A stretch of 64,000 nucleotides of DNA, from NCBI GenBank assembly GCA_051294905.1, contig CM119371.1, positions 11,720,001 through 11,784,000 on the forward strand, given 5' to 3'. This document shows positions 25,438 through 37,414 of the stretch, piece after piece. Below the pieces are notes generated by a model that was not told the origin of the DNA, made no database searches, and saw only the letters and a list, made by a program, of their open reading frames with translations. Each line of letters starts with the position of its first letter. Positions within the stretch are counted from its first letter, which is position 1. The DNA comes from Botryllus schlosseri. Taxonomy: Eukaryota. A program made the translations under genes and the position numbers.

Positions 25438-27083
25438 CAGTGGTTCCCAACCTTTTTCGGTGGCAGGACCAAATTTAGAATTTCAGAGTACGGTCGGGGC
25501 CGCACGAATACCAGGGCGATGAAAGGAACCCAAAATAGTCACCAAAATATGAAAATTCGCATTGTTCCGATCATTCGCTTGACGCCATTGGCCATTGTGT
25601 TGCCGCGCTCCCGTTGTTCAGAACAATCAACCTTTACTGGCTATTTCGGGATAGTTTTATTGCCCTGGCGAGATTTCAATTCGTATTTTTGGAATCAGTG
25701 CGACACCCCCTTTCGATAAACACCGGCATATCAAATTATTCGAACGCTTGGGTCGCGAGCTATAGGACTACCGATTATGCTGTTTTTGCCGGCTAAGCAG
25801 TACGCATATCGGCGTATTTAATCGTGAGTCACTTGTTGCACATCCATCCGTAAATTAGTTATCAATACCCAGGGCCGTAACAGCACTTCGTCACCCTCCC
25901 CCCAAACGTTGCTCTCGGCCCCCTCAGGCTAGATGGCTGTTGACCGCTATTTATCATCTAAATCGGGTGTCCGTTTTATGCAGCTGCTATCGACTAATCG
26001 CGCGAGGCGCGAAAAATTTCTATAATTCATGATTGAATCGGTCAATATAATCGGGAATTGAAAATATATTGGTATCAATTTTTATCCTCTCTCTCCTCAC
26101 GTAATCAGATTGACCGGTTGAGCCGAGTGAGTTGTGTTTGAAAAGGTAGGACCATACTCAATAATATTTAAACATCTTCGGGCGTATACCCGTTGGCAGG
26201 AACGAAACAACACTTCGCCCGGCCCCTCAAAACACTTAGGTCTTTCGTGACCTTCAGTCTGCTATATCAAAAAATATAGAATCGCCCAAACGTACTAAAC
26301 TAAAAGATGCACGCGATTTCAAATTGGTAGTTCTTCACTCGCATATAATTCTTCTCTTCGGGATGGTAGCCTATTTGTCTCGTAAGGTTCAGATGGTCAA
26401 GACAGGAATATTTGACACCAGTCATTTAGGCGCCTGTGGTCAATTTTACTTATATGTATTTTGTATATACATAACCGAGTTTCCGGTCAGCGTAAGGGCA
26501 CACTTCTTGGAGTCGCATGTTATACGGCCTAAAACTTTATATGTCTTCGTGCGTCGTGACGCGGTAATGGACAACGCCGATATGCCCACTTCTATAAATC
26601 TTGCGTATTTTATCTTGGTGGATGAGTATCCAATAATGAAGGTACTTGGAAACTTAAATCGCGCCCAGCGCGAAAGAATTTTGATAAAGTTGCATAAAAT
26701 TTCATAAAATACTCTATAATTCGTGCTAATTCACTAAATAATTTTGGGGCCCCTTCGAGCTCGTTCCCCCCAATTGGGGCACTTGGAGTGCCACAGTTAC
26801 GGTCCTGTCAATACCTATATCTATACCTATATATCTATAGATACTGCTCGTTCAACTGGAAGGTTGGAGCACATTGCATTGAAACAGCAGTGACGTAATC
26901 TTAGCAGTCTACTCACAACTTTCCTGCAATCCTAATTGAAAACTCCAGACTCCAAGCCAAGCAAGAGTATTTTATAAATATAATTTTTTTTCATAAATCG
27001 ATTTCTCAATATTTTTGTGGGGGCCGCAGAAAGGCTAGCTGGGGGCCGCATGCGGCCCTCGGGGCCGCGGTTGGGAATCACTG
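25438..27083 (+). mobile_element. hAT (Charlie-like) MITE with 8-bp TSD
   Basis: CAGTGGTTCCCAACC...GGTTGGGAATCACTG, with ATTTATAC on both sides. Confidence 0.9.
25870..26807 (+). mobile_element. Nested hAT-type non-autonomous element
   Basis: CAGGGCCGTAAC...GTTACGGTCCTG, with 8-bp TSD TCAATACC. Confidence 0.85.
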
Positions 27084-27232
27084 ATTTATACATGCGGTTG
27101 TATATAGAACTAGTTTTAATCAGATATGGCGCCGCGAAAATGGTACAATCTCAGTTGCTTTAATTATATAGTGCTATACACAACTATATTTGAAAAGATG
27201 AGCGCAGATTGAGACCGAATTAAGCTCTAGCA

Positions 27233-29453
27233 CAAGGGTCGGAACCTACGGCCCGCGGGCCGGATCCAGCCCGCCAAGCGAAATTGTCCGGCCCCGCGAC
27301 ATAATAATTACTTATCAAAAGAATACGACCCGCCGTTTCATAATGAGTTTCAATCTGCAGTGCAGCACTGCATGAAAAGAATGCGGCATTGCTACGATAA
27401 AATAGTACCCTATACATCGTATTAGTCTATTGCTACGCCATAAAACGAATGTGGTTGAAGTAGGAGATGGAGTTAGACTAGACTGGATCAGTGCTTATCG
27501 GTCGGGTGTATCTCGCAACCGAAGGTGTTATATACTTTTTTAAAGGGTTTACCATTCTAACGGGGTGTGACAATAACGGCGTTCTTCCTTTGCTTCAGAA
27601 ACGCTTGTAGCATCTCAGACGCAATGACAGATTCTCAAACTGTTCAATTATAGATAACTAGCCCCCGTGTTCGTTAGCGTATCTATAGTTTAATTCTCCA
27701 GAAGCCATTTTGTGCCAAGACAACAAACCTGAATAGTAGGGCTGTTCAAAAATAACCCTTTTTCCAGAATCTCGCAGGCTACTTGATTAAATCGTTAGGT
27801 TGCCTTAAAAAACGACGCACACCAAATTTGAATTCATTCCAACCAATATTCCAATATTCGCGGATTTCGTAGAGATTGAAAATTTTGAATTTGCCTAAAA
27901 ATGCAAAAAAAGATTTTTTCAAATTTTCATTCCAACCTTATGAAATTGTTGCGCTGTCTTCAAAAACGATGGAAAACAAATTTGACTCACTTCCAAGCTG
28001 CAGAAGCGGAGTTATTCAAGTTTTTTGGTGATAATTCTGGGATGATCCACCAATCAAGAATAATCACAAAAATATCAAAGAAAAACTGAAATAACTCCAC
28101 TTCTACGGCTTCAAAGTGAGTCAAATTTGTTTTGCATCGTTTTCGAAGACAGCGCAACAATTTCATGAGGTTGGCAGAAAAAATTTGAAAAATTTTTTTT
28201 TTTGGCATATTCAGGCAAATTCAAAATTTCCAAACTCTACGAAATCCGCGAATATTGGTTGAAATGAATTCAAATTTGGTGTGCGTCGTTTTTTAAGGCA
28301 ACCTAACGATTTAATCAAGTAACCTGCAAGATTCAGGAAAAGGGGTTATTTTTGAACAGCCCTACTGAATAGTGTTTTGGCCACAATGGTGGAAACTGTT
28401 AATATGATTTTTGTCTCATTAACTGAATCAGTTACGCCAGATATTACTAGAAGCAGTGAATGGAAATGGCGATGTCCTGTAGGCCTATATCTGTCATCTT
28501 CGCGCATTAAGTCGAACAGCTATGCTTACAAGAGTGTATGAATTGAGAAATGAAATAGCAACTTTCCTTGAAAACACAAATATCGCCGATTCATAATCTT
28601 GTAATCGAAAATGGGTATTTCATCCTGCTTTCCTGGTACATTTAGCGTCACATCTGAACAAATTGAATTTGCACTTTCAGGGGGAAAATAATTAAATACG
28701 TGAGGTGTTGAGGCGCATTCAAAACAAATCTGTGACTCTGGAAATGTCAACAGTACAAAGAAAATTATGCTCACTTTACTATACTGGAGGGGAGAAAACC
28801 TAGCACCAACACTACATTTGTAACTGTGATACGAAATTTAACTACTGAAATTCACCCGCTTTTCCGACATTCGTTCTCTACAAAATGAATTCTGACTATT
28901 CAGTACTCCGATTAATATGGACGCCAATACCATTGCCTGAAAATTTCAAATGGGCCTTTCGAAAATGCGATGCAGTTGAATTGAATGACAAATTTCATAT
29001 AAAGAGCATATCGCTGCATGACTGTGACAAAGAGTACGTTATTGAAATTGGTCTTTATCCCAGCTTTACCAACAATGCAAAAGGAATTGCATCGATTTTT
29101 GGAAGCACGTGCGAATGTGAACAATAGTTTTAGACAATGAAATTCACGAAGAGCAAGCTAAGATCACGTATTTCGGACGTCCATTTTGAATAGGGTCTGA
29201 TTCTTGTTTCATCTGACTTGTTACCAGAAGTTTAAAACCATTTACAAAGCAAGCTGCGTCAATCGTCACATTTATTCTTTGTTGTTGAATTGTGAATACA
29301 TGGGTCTTATGATTGGTATGATTGAGATTGCAGCAATGTAGGATAATATATACAGAAGTGGGCGTAAAATATAGTAGGCTACTAAGAAAAATTCCGGCCC
29401 GTTGTACACCCGAAATTTGGCCCGCGACTATAGCAAAAGGTTGCCGACCCCTG
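27233..29453 (+). mobile_element. Decayed hAT element of the Charlie/SPIN/GTF2IRD2-like group
   Basis: TIRs CAAGGGTCGGAACC and GGTTGCCGACCCCTG; TSD CTCTAGCA/CTCTAGGA (7 of 8 match). A dimerisation-domain remnant with stops reads ASIFGSTCECEQ*F*TMKFTKSKLRSRISD at ~29085-29180. Confidence 0.85.
27737..28364. mobile_element. Almost fully palindromic hAT MITE nested in the previous element
   Basis: TAGGGCTGTTCAAAAATAACCC...GGGTTATTTTTGAACAGCCCTA; 8-bp TSD CTGAATAG; ~290-bp arms. Confidence 0.9.
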
Positions 29454-32229
29454 CTCTAGGACAACGGTTCTTAATCTGGGTGTAATTTACTAATTTTCGG
29501 GGGCAATTCCAATTGATATTTCTTATAAACTTATAACGCTGCATTGAAATATTTTCAAGCGTAAATATAAATGTGGCTAACATATATTTTTGCAAGCTTG
29601 TGGGCTTTATATATTTTCTTTCACTTAACACATCATGGTTGCTGTATTATTATAGTAACCAGAACCAATAGTGATTATGAATAACATGGTCGAATGTAGT
29701 TTAGCATAGTGCTAGGTAAGTCCAATTTATTTTGCAGTAGTGCAGATTATATATTTTTATGCATGCTGGCAAATTAAAGACAACAAGGAGCGTCTAAATT
29801 TAGCTTTACACCTATAATGCAGTGACAATATCATAGAAATACAGTTGTTAGTATTGAAAAGTGTAGTGGTCTAGTACACTCAGAAAAACTAGGTCTGACA
29901 TTATCAAAATGCCTTCGAAAAACCAAGGAGAACGTATTGGAACATTTTGGGTTCGCTTTCAAAATGATTAACCAATCTTCGTCATAATGGCAGTGACAGC
30001 GAAGCAGTGAAGCACAGAATAAACTCCGACGCGGAATCAAACCCGGGTTTTCGGTGTGAACCACGATTCTTAGGTATACTGTGAATCCCCCATACAATAA
30101 TTTACACTTGCATTAGAAAATCACGACATAATTGGCCCGGTGTTTGTTTGTTTGTTTTATTAACACATTTGGCGCATATTAACTCCTAGGTCATGTGTGC
30201 CCGGACAGTAATTTCATGAATTAATGTCTTTTGGGATCTTTGCCGCATTCTTGCGTAGTTTTTCTGGTCTCTGGCGCCATCTTTCTTGAGTTCGGGTCTC
30301 TCTTCCCTTCTGGACTTTTGAAGGCGCTATATTTACAGCAGGATCGGCGATGAGGAGCCCAGAAAAACCTCCAACACATCGAAACATGGCAGAGACGAGA
30401 CTCGAAATCAAGGGCATAGCCACAAGAACTTTTTTTTGGGGGGAAGGGGCGAAAAATCTGATGAATGTTTTTGAATAAAATAAAGAATTTGATGAATAAT
30501 ATTGGTGCGTGTATATGAGCAAGTGGATTCCAGTAATTAGGCCTATTTCGTTGAAGCACGCGGTTATTTAGCAACCTCTGGTGAAAGTTGACGCTATGGC
30601 CTACTTTAAAGATTGGAATTGAAGATACATACCAAACCAAATTAAAAAAAACTCCTTTGATCAGACTCGTGTGATTCCAAATTAGCACTTTTTAAAGGAG
30701 GTGTGCCAGTCGCATTTATGCCGGAGGGGTCGGATTGCAGGGACATGATCATCAGGCGCCATAGCCATTCAAGCACACGGAAATCTATATCGAAGCCTCA
30801 GAATACAGCATGCGTCGGTTTTATAGTTGTCAATCATTTTGACAGCGCACTGCAGAGTCTCATGTAGCCTACTTTAAATTTCTACGTGTGTCCCGGTACG
30901 GAAATTGCCGTAACCAACAGTCCCCAACCCCCATACTGAAGTGACACCCCTAGACTCAAATCAACCCAACGACCTTGGGATACTCTCGTGTATCTACTGG
31001 TACTGTTGTTTTCTCATGAAAATGCAGCTAAATTCAATCATGAGTATTTTGAAAGAATTTGTTTCGGGATACCAATAAGAAAACCAAGACGTGTATGTTG
31101 GACACTAAATCGCGCAAAGCGCGGACATATTTTTCAGGTTGTATTCATCAGCCCTAAAATACTGTTATATTTATTGATGTTACGAAAACATTCCAGAAAT
31201 TTACAGGGAGCGATCGCCCGTTTCTAGCTACGCCAGTTGTCCAACCAGCAATCAGCGATCACTGCGCCACTCGCCTCCTTCACAGCAGCGACGTATTAGG
31301 GGAGTTGGAGCCTAGATGAACTCTCGACGTCTCGGCACTCCAGAACGTCATTCTGTCGAGGAATGAACTGCCAACTTCCACCAATAAGCCAGCCAACGAG
31401 CCAACCAACCCCTTTGGCAGCGACAACGTTTAAAATAAACGGGGTTATAAAACACTTCGTCTAATACATGTTTTGAACAGTGTTCTAAATATGCGTTTTT
31501 AAAAAAATGTGTTTTTCAAGTGAAATTATGCCATAATTGTGTAAGTACTTGTCAAAAAGCATGTTGTATGAGCTTACAGACAATTACCACCAGATATAGC
31601 CGACGTATATCGATATGGGACGGTTGGACACCTCAGAAAAGTCGGGACAACAGCAATAGTACATATATTTCGTCAAATGAGCTTTATTTAATCTATATTT
31701 TCAATTGCCAATGTGAATCCACTATGACATCACAATTGAATATTCGCGACGTCATGGCTTACAAAAAACAAAAACAATAAACAATAAAATACACATTTCC
31801 ACCAAACGCCTTGTTTTAAACATGTTTGTTTTAAATGCAACCCCATCTCCGTCCATGTTATTTCTATTGAACGTCTAAATTAGATGTATCTAAGACTGGT
31901 AAAATGGCGAAAAATATTAATGCGTAAAGTGTTGAAACGAATTGTTAAAGTAACCAAATCATCAACCGTGAGTATCATAAACGCAAAAAATAATTGAAGG
32001 TCAAGTAATAAAAAACATGCATGCATTCTCCCGCGCCCAGACCAGTAACACTGAGCGAAAAAAAACGGACGTATGTCTAGCTCTAGCATTATGAAATGAC
32101 AAGGGAAACCAAGAATATAGAAATTCATATTACTGGTATATTCGACTCCCCATCATCGGGAATTGATGCTGGATAACAACAACTTGTCAATGAAATTCAT
32201 GTTTTCTTCCGATGACAATACTTTCGTAG

Positions 32230-33335
32230 GTGTTATTCTATATGTATTCGGTAGAATTTGAGTCCCCGCGGTTTCCATGTTTTCTAGATCATATTTCCCA
32301 CGAGGGCAGATTCTACGTGTATGTATAATGGTCAGTGACCGAATGTTTGACCCTCAGTTCATAAGTTCAGTTTTAACTTTTTTACGACAGTCCTCTGGTG
32401 TTTGTGGGGCCTAATTCACCTTACACTCGAAATTTAGGGTGTTCTGCAGTTTCCGCGTTTTCCAGATATTTTCCACCAGGCCATGTTCAGCGTTTACAAG
32501 ACTAAGTTACCAGACGTTTAACCATCAGACAGCTCATAAGCTCAATTTTTAACTATTACGACAGTTCTCGGCCATTTTTGACGCCAAATTCGTCTTATAC
32601 TCGACATTTAGGGTGTTCCGCAGTTTCCGCGTTTTCTAGATACTTTCCACCAGGCTATGTTCAGCGCTTACAATAGGTCTGGAACTGGTCTCGAACTCGA
32701 AATTTAGGGTGTCCCGCGTTTTTCGCGTTTTGTTTGCAACGAGGCCATGCTGGGGCGGTGGCGAGATAGCGCAGTGGTATAATCCGCGGCTGTAACACCA
32801 ATGGGTGCGGGTTCGAGTCCGACCGAGGTCGACTTCCGAATTCCGATACCTAAGTGTTGGAGGTTTACCTAGGCTCCTCCTCACCACCTCATCCGCGTCT
32901 GCGGTGTCTTACAAAAGCATAGAGGTGGGCCGTGCTATAAGTCGGCAGTTACGGAAAATATGAAGAATATCGGCCTGGTGTAAATGACCATAGCAGTCGA
33001 CAAACACCATGAATACCCCAAAACAAACAAACAAGGCCATGCTGGGCCCGTATAATCGTTAGTGACCGAATGTTTAGCCGTCAGATATTTCATAATTTCG
33101 ATTTTTACCTATCACGACAGTTCGCGGCCGTTTGTGAGGTTAAATCTGCGTAGTATTCGGAAATTAGGGTGTCTTGCAGTTTCCGCGTTTTCTAGATATA
33201 TTCCACCAGGCTATGTTCAGCGTCTGTTAGGGTCAGTGACCGAATGCTTAACCCTCAGATACTTCATAAGCTGGATTTTGTATCTATCACAACAGTTCGC
33301 GGTCGTTTGTGAGGTTGAATCTGCCTTACTACCGT
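32230..33335 (+). repeat. Diverged ~170-180-bp tandem repeat array, interrupted by a SINE
   Basis: TTAGGGTGT...GTTTCCGCGTTTTCTAGATA...CCACCAGGCTATGTTCAGCG recurs at ~32270, 32450, 32620 and 33180. Confidence 0.75.
32755..33033 (+). mobile_element. tRNA-derived SINE
   Basis: A box (TAGCGCAGTGG), B box (GGTTCGAGTCC), (AAAC)n tail and a 13-bp TSD AGGCCATGCTGGG (32742-32754, 33034-33046). Confidence 0.9.
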
Positions 33336-33499
33336 AAGCATCGAATTTTGCGAGTTGATGACCTATATCGCTTCGAAGTATAGAAACTTGTTCACAAATA
33401 TTTTTCCAATAGTCTGCCGCCGGTGTTTGATGACTTTTTCATGCCTGTCAAAAATGGCCCTTCCCATTATACAAGATCCTCGTCAAAGGGAAATATCTA

Positions 33500-34105
33500 T
33501 TGAACGCTATGATCTGGGGATTGTATTTAACTTGTAAATCATTTTGTTCTGAACGTAATGAAGTGCGTAAGTCTTTTCATGACAAACGTATTGCTGCTGT
33601 GGAGTTTATTACAGAATCGACGAACACGTTACGAGGACGCGTTTCGGCTCGTCGCGGTGCGCAAGGTTCTACTTCTACTCGTGGCAACAATTCTGATCGG
33701 GACATTGCATTACATTCGATCGATACGGGCGAAAACATATCTGAGATACAATCTGACGCGAGCACGAGACGTCACACAGTCGACATCGCTGCCGACCGGC
33801 CGCTTATACAACACGGGGAAATCTCATCCGAGCCGCAGCCTATAATAGACGAACCGACCGACGAAGCTCAGTTCTCACCAGATACCAAACGGCGCGATCA
33901 CATCCATGATAAAACGTACGCGGCCACATTGGATAGTCCTGCCACAATGGTACGTGATCGAGAGCCTGATACTTGTGCAATTCTGACCCGTCACGATTCA
34001 ATAGCGGCATCTCCGAAATTGCCGCGCCCAAAGAAGAAATCCAAACGCCTGACAAGACCTGACGCTCAGATGAGATCAGGCAGTCACCCTGCCACACATG
34101 AGTAG
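33500..34105 (+). other. 201-codon open frame, low-complexity with a basic tail; possibly a non-LTR retroelement ORF1 remnant
   Basis: A long stop-free frame, more GC-rich than its flanks, followed by a T/G-rich tract. No diagnostic motif recognised. Confidence 0.25.
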
Positions 34106-35165
34106 AAGCTGAAGTGCACAGCCCGAGCGTGTGATTGAGATATACGTTGAATATATCCAATCTAAATTGTACTGATCGAAGTACAATTACTGTGATATGT
34201 AACGGCCACATTGTATATATCGGTGGCCACGGACTGTTGTTGGAAGTTGGATAGCCTCTCTGACTTGACTGGTGTATTGCACTTGATAACGATGCCTACT
34301 GAGATGTATTTTATTGTGTATTCTAGTTCTTTTTCTAGGCTAGGCTTAGTTAGATTTTTAGGCTACATATTTCTTGTATGTTAATCTGGATTGTAGTGTT
34401 GTATTGGATAACAATTTTCTAGTTAGATTAATCTGGAATTCTGTTGTGTGTTTTGTTAGGCTAACTTGTATATTATAAAAGCTGCTAGAAAACCTTGTTC
34501 ATGCTCTCTAATGTTGTTGTATTATTGACTGAAGAGTTTGATTCCATTACTAGGATTGTCTTAGCTATGTAATTGCTGTTGTCTTCCCATATACTTGTGA
34601 TTGTTCACTTCCCCTGTCATTTACATGGCAGTTTCCTCCTTTTTTTTTTTGGGGGGGGGGGGTCGATGTATAGCTGTGGTATCGGAAATCAGTGTATTGT
34701 CTCACCCTATTAGCATACGAATATGACTTCCTATTGCAATTATCTCGAGTATTTATAAGCTCGTGTAAGAGCTGAGTCGGGATGAGACTTATTTGCTAAA
34801 CCTACTAGTACCAACGTCTGAAATATATCCGTATGTCTTGCGTCTATCTGCGTCTAAGAAGATCTCACCAGGTTACAGGATTCCAGTTAAGTAGTCAGCC
34901 AGCTAAACCTATAATATTTTGCTGTCAGATTTCTCGCCCAATTCCGGTCTTTCGACATATTTATGGTCATTGATCTTTTAGGCCTGGATGCTATTCATTA
35001 TTAGATTCATTGACTCCTGAAATGCCGACTTGGAGCAAGGCCCACAAAAATTTTGCCCACTTTCAATAAAGAAGGCCTACGTTAACTGAATAGCCTAGCT
35101 CTAAAAATTGGCGTTGAGTTATAGAGTCAACATCATCAAATTTAGTTGGATGTGTAATATCTAAC

Positions 35166-36560
35166 CTCTGTAAACATCATTTTGAGATTTCGAGAAGACG
35201 ACGCCAGCCACGAATCTTCGTACGACGGACCATCGCTCTTCATGGAGATGTTCTTCGTCGAAGCGAGCGAATTCGTTGAACTCCATTTCTGCTACGAAGA
35301 TCGCTGCCAGATATTCTTGAATGCTTTGATGGCAAAAGAAGAATGTGAAGTCTCCTTGCATCAAATACCGACTCAGAAGATTGTTCCCAGGAACTTTCGT
35401 CATCAAATCTTGTACTTCCTTCGCGGAAACTCCAAATAAATTCAAGTCCATCTCTTTGAATACGACCCGTCCTTCTTTCATACCACGAAATGCCAATTCC
35501 TTTAGTTTGTTGACGATCGATAAAATTTCTTCCCGGTTTCGAATATTTTCGAGACTTTGTAGAGCTGAGATGATTCTGTTGTATAATTCTGTTACCGTTG
35601 CTGGGACAGGTTTACTTGAATCCCTCCCCATCACAACTGCCGTTAAAATCAGAAAAACGGGAACCGAAACTAAATTGAGCAATCTTGGTGACACAGTTTC
35701 AATTTTCTCCCAGAGCACTTCTCCTTCCTCTTTGAGTAAAAAGGCGAACAGCCTATGCGCATCTTCCAGAGTAAAACCATGGAGCATAACGATGGTTTCG
35801 GGTCTAGCCGGTGCCGGTAACTCTGAAATCTTGAACTCGCGTGATGCGATATATATTTTGACACGAGGGAGAATATTGCGGGAGAGAATGTTATACATGA
35901 TTGTCCATAAGCTGGCTTTGTCATACTTTCTTATTTTGCAGGTATTTCTCTCCTCCAAGTTCCACGTTGCTTGATCAAGCCCGTCAAATATCAATATTGC
36001 CTCCGATTGGTGTTCATATAGCCAGTCGTAAGCCAAATCTTCTTCTTCTTCGCTTCGGTACAGCCCTCGAAATATAAATCTTGATGGTTTGGTTTCGTTC
36101 ATTTCTGGATTATCCTTCAAATCAATATGATGCACCAACTTTTTACCGTAAGATGAGATATCTTCGGCATCATCTGTTGCAGATATACCGAGAGCTTGTC
36201 TAGCTATTCTGCGTATGAGGGTGGATTTTCCCGATCCAGCAGATGCGACAATAGCGGTTACACCAACATTTTTTGACGAGCTCGCCGTTTCCCTCTGCCA
36301 CATGGATGCCTCTAAGTCACCGATCTTGATATCTTTCGCTTCAATTCTTTTCTGCGTCAGAAATCCAATTTCCTGTGTCAGCTGATCATGGCCATATCGA
36401 CCTTTGTAATAATCGTGCACGTCAACTTGTCGCATTTGCGGGTAAACTTCAAAGTCAGGTTTCTGAAGCTCTTCATGTCGAAAGTCATCGAGGATGTCAA
36501 TATTGGTCGCTGCCTTTGTATGGTCGTTGCAAATTTGTATGAGCTTTTCGATACTGATCT
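35166..36560 (-). CDS. NLR-type gene, large NACHT NTPase exon
   Basis: Walker A ASAGSGKST, Walker B AILIFDGLDQ, sensor-1 IYIASR, VPVFL motif and winged-helix FCHQSIQEYLAA. Acceptor TTTTCAG at 36561-36567 and donor GTTAG at 35161-35165. Confidence 0.93.
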
Positions 36561-37414
36561 CTGAAAAATAAGATATCAGCAATTTTGAATTTTAGGATTT
36601 AGTTGTTTTCATAGAGAATATCAAGACTTTGAGTCAATCCTAATTAGCTGAGTTCTTTTGCCTGAAAAACATGCTGTCTGAGGTTCAAAACTAAGTGGAG
36701 TATTTCATGCATTTTCCGTACGTAAAATGAAATATAAATATAATTTTTATGAATTATCTTATTTTCGGGTTACGTATAATAATCGTGCAATGCGTTAGTG
36801 AAGTATCCGTTTCACCTTATCGTTAGTACAAATCGCCTTTTCTCTGAGGCAAAAATCGACTTAGCTACGGGCCCTAGAATAGTAGGTAGTGTTCCATCCA
36901 TGACATTTGTTGGCAGGAGATGCTTTGACGCACCCAAGGGAGAGGGGCGCCCCCGAACCACTGGATTTGAATTATCTTGGTGAACTATAATAAGAAAACG
37001 TTTAAGTGAATTGAGGACTTTACACAGAGAAATATGTATCAATTGGAGGTAAATTGCGCCCGGTGCTAATGTTTTTGCAGCTGACCACAGATTCTCGCTC
37101 CATTCAGCTGTTTTCACGCCCCCGAGTTTGAGAACCAATAAGCCCATTTACATGGTCGTTTGGGTCAGCTTCGAAGCTAACTCCGTCAAGCCGACTCTCT
37201 CGTTTTTGAAAAAGAGAGAAAAGGCAGACGGCTTCAATCCGTCTTGAGCTCAATCCGTTCCTCAGAGTCGCTTGGAGACGGCTTGAACAGTACCGGTACA
37301 TGAGAACGAATCCATACTGCAGCAACATACCAACATTTCATGTTCATATTTCACGAAACCGGCACGTATTTCAACTGGGTGAATGTGAAAGCTCTATCAG
37401 TACATGATAGTGCT

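Noticed and set aside
30140..30410. Minus-strand LINE/SINE 3' end with (AAAC)n tail
   Set aside because: The tail is visible, but no TSD or recognisable RT motif could be established.
32755..32830. Functional tRNA gene
   Set aside because: It has A and B boxes but no convincing acceptor stem, and continues into a body, an (AAAC)n tail and a TSD, so it is a SINE head.
35182..35974. Plus-strand ORFs of 85 and 209 aa
   Set aside because: They are antisense shadows of the NACHT exon.
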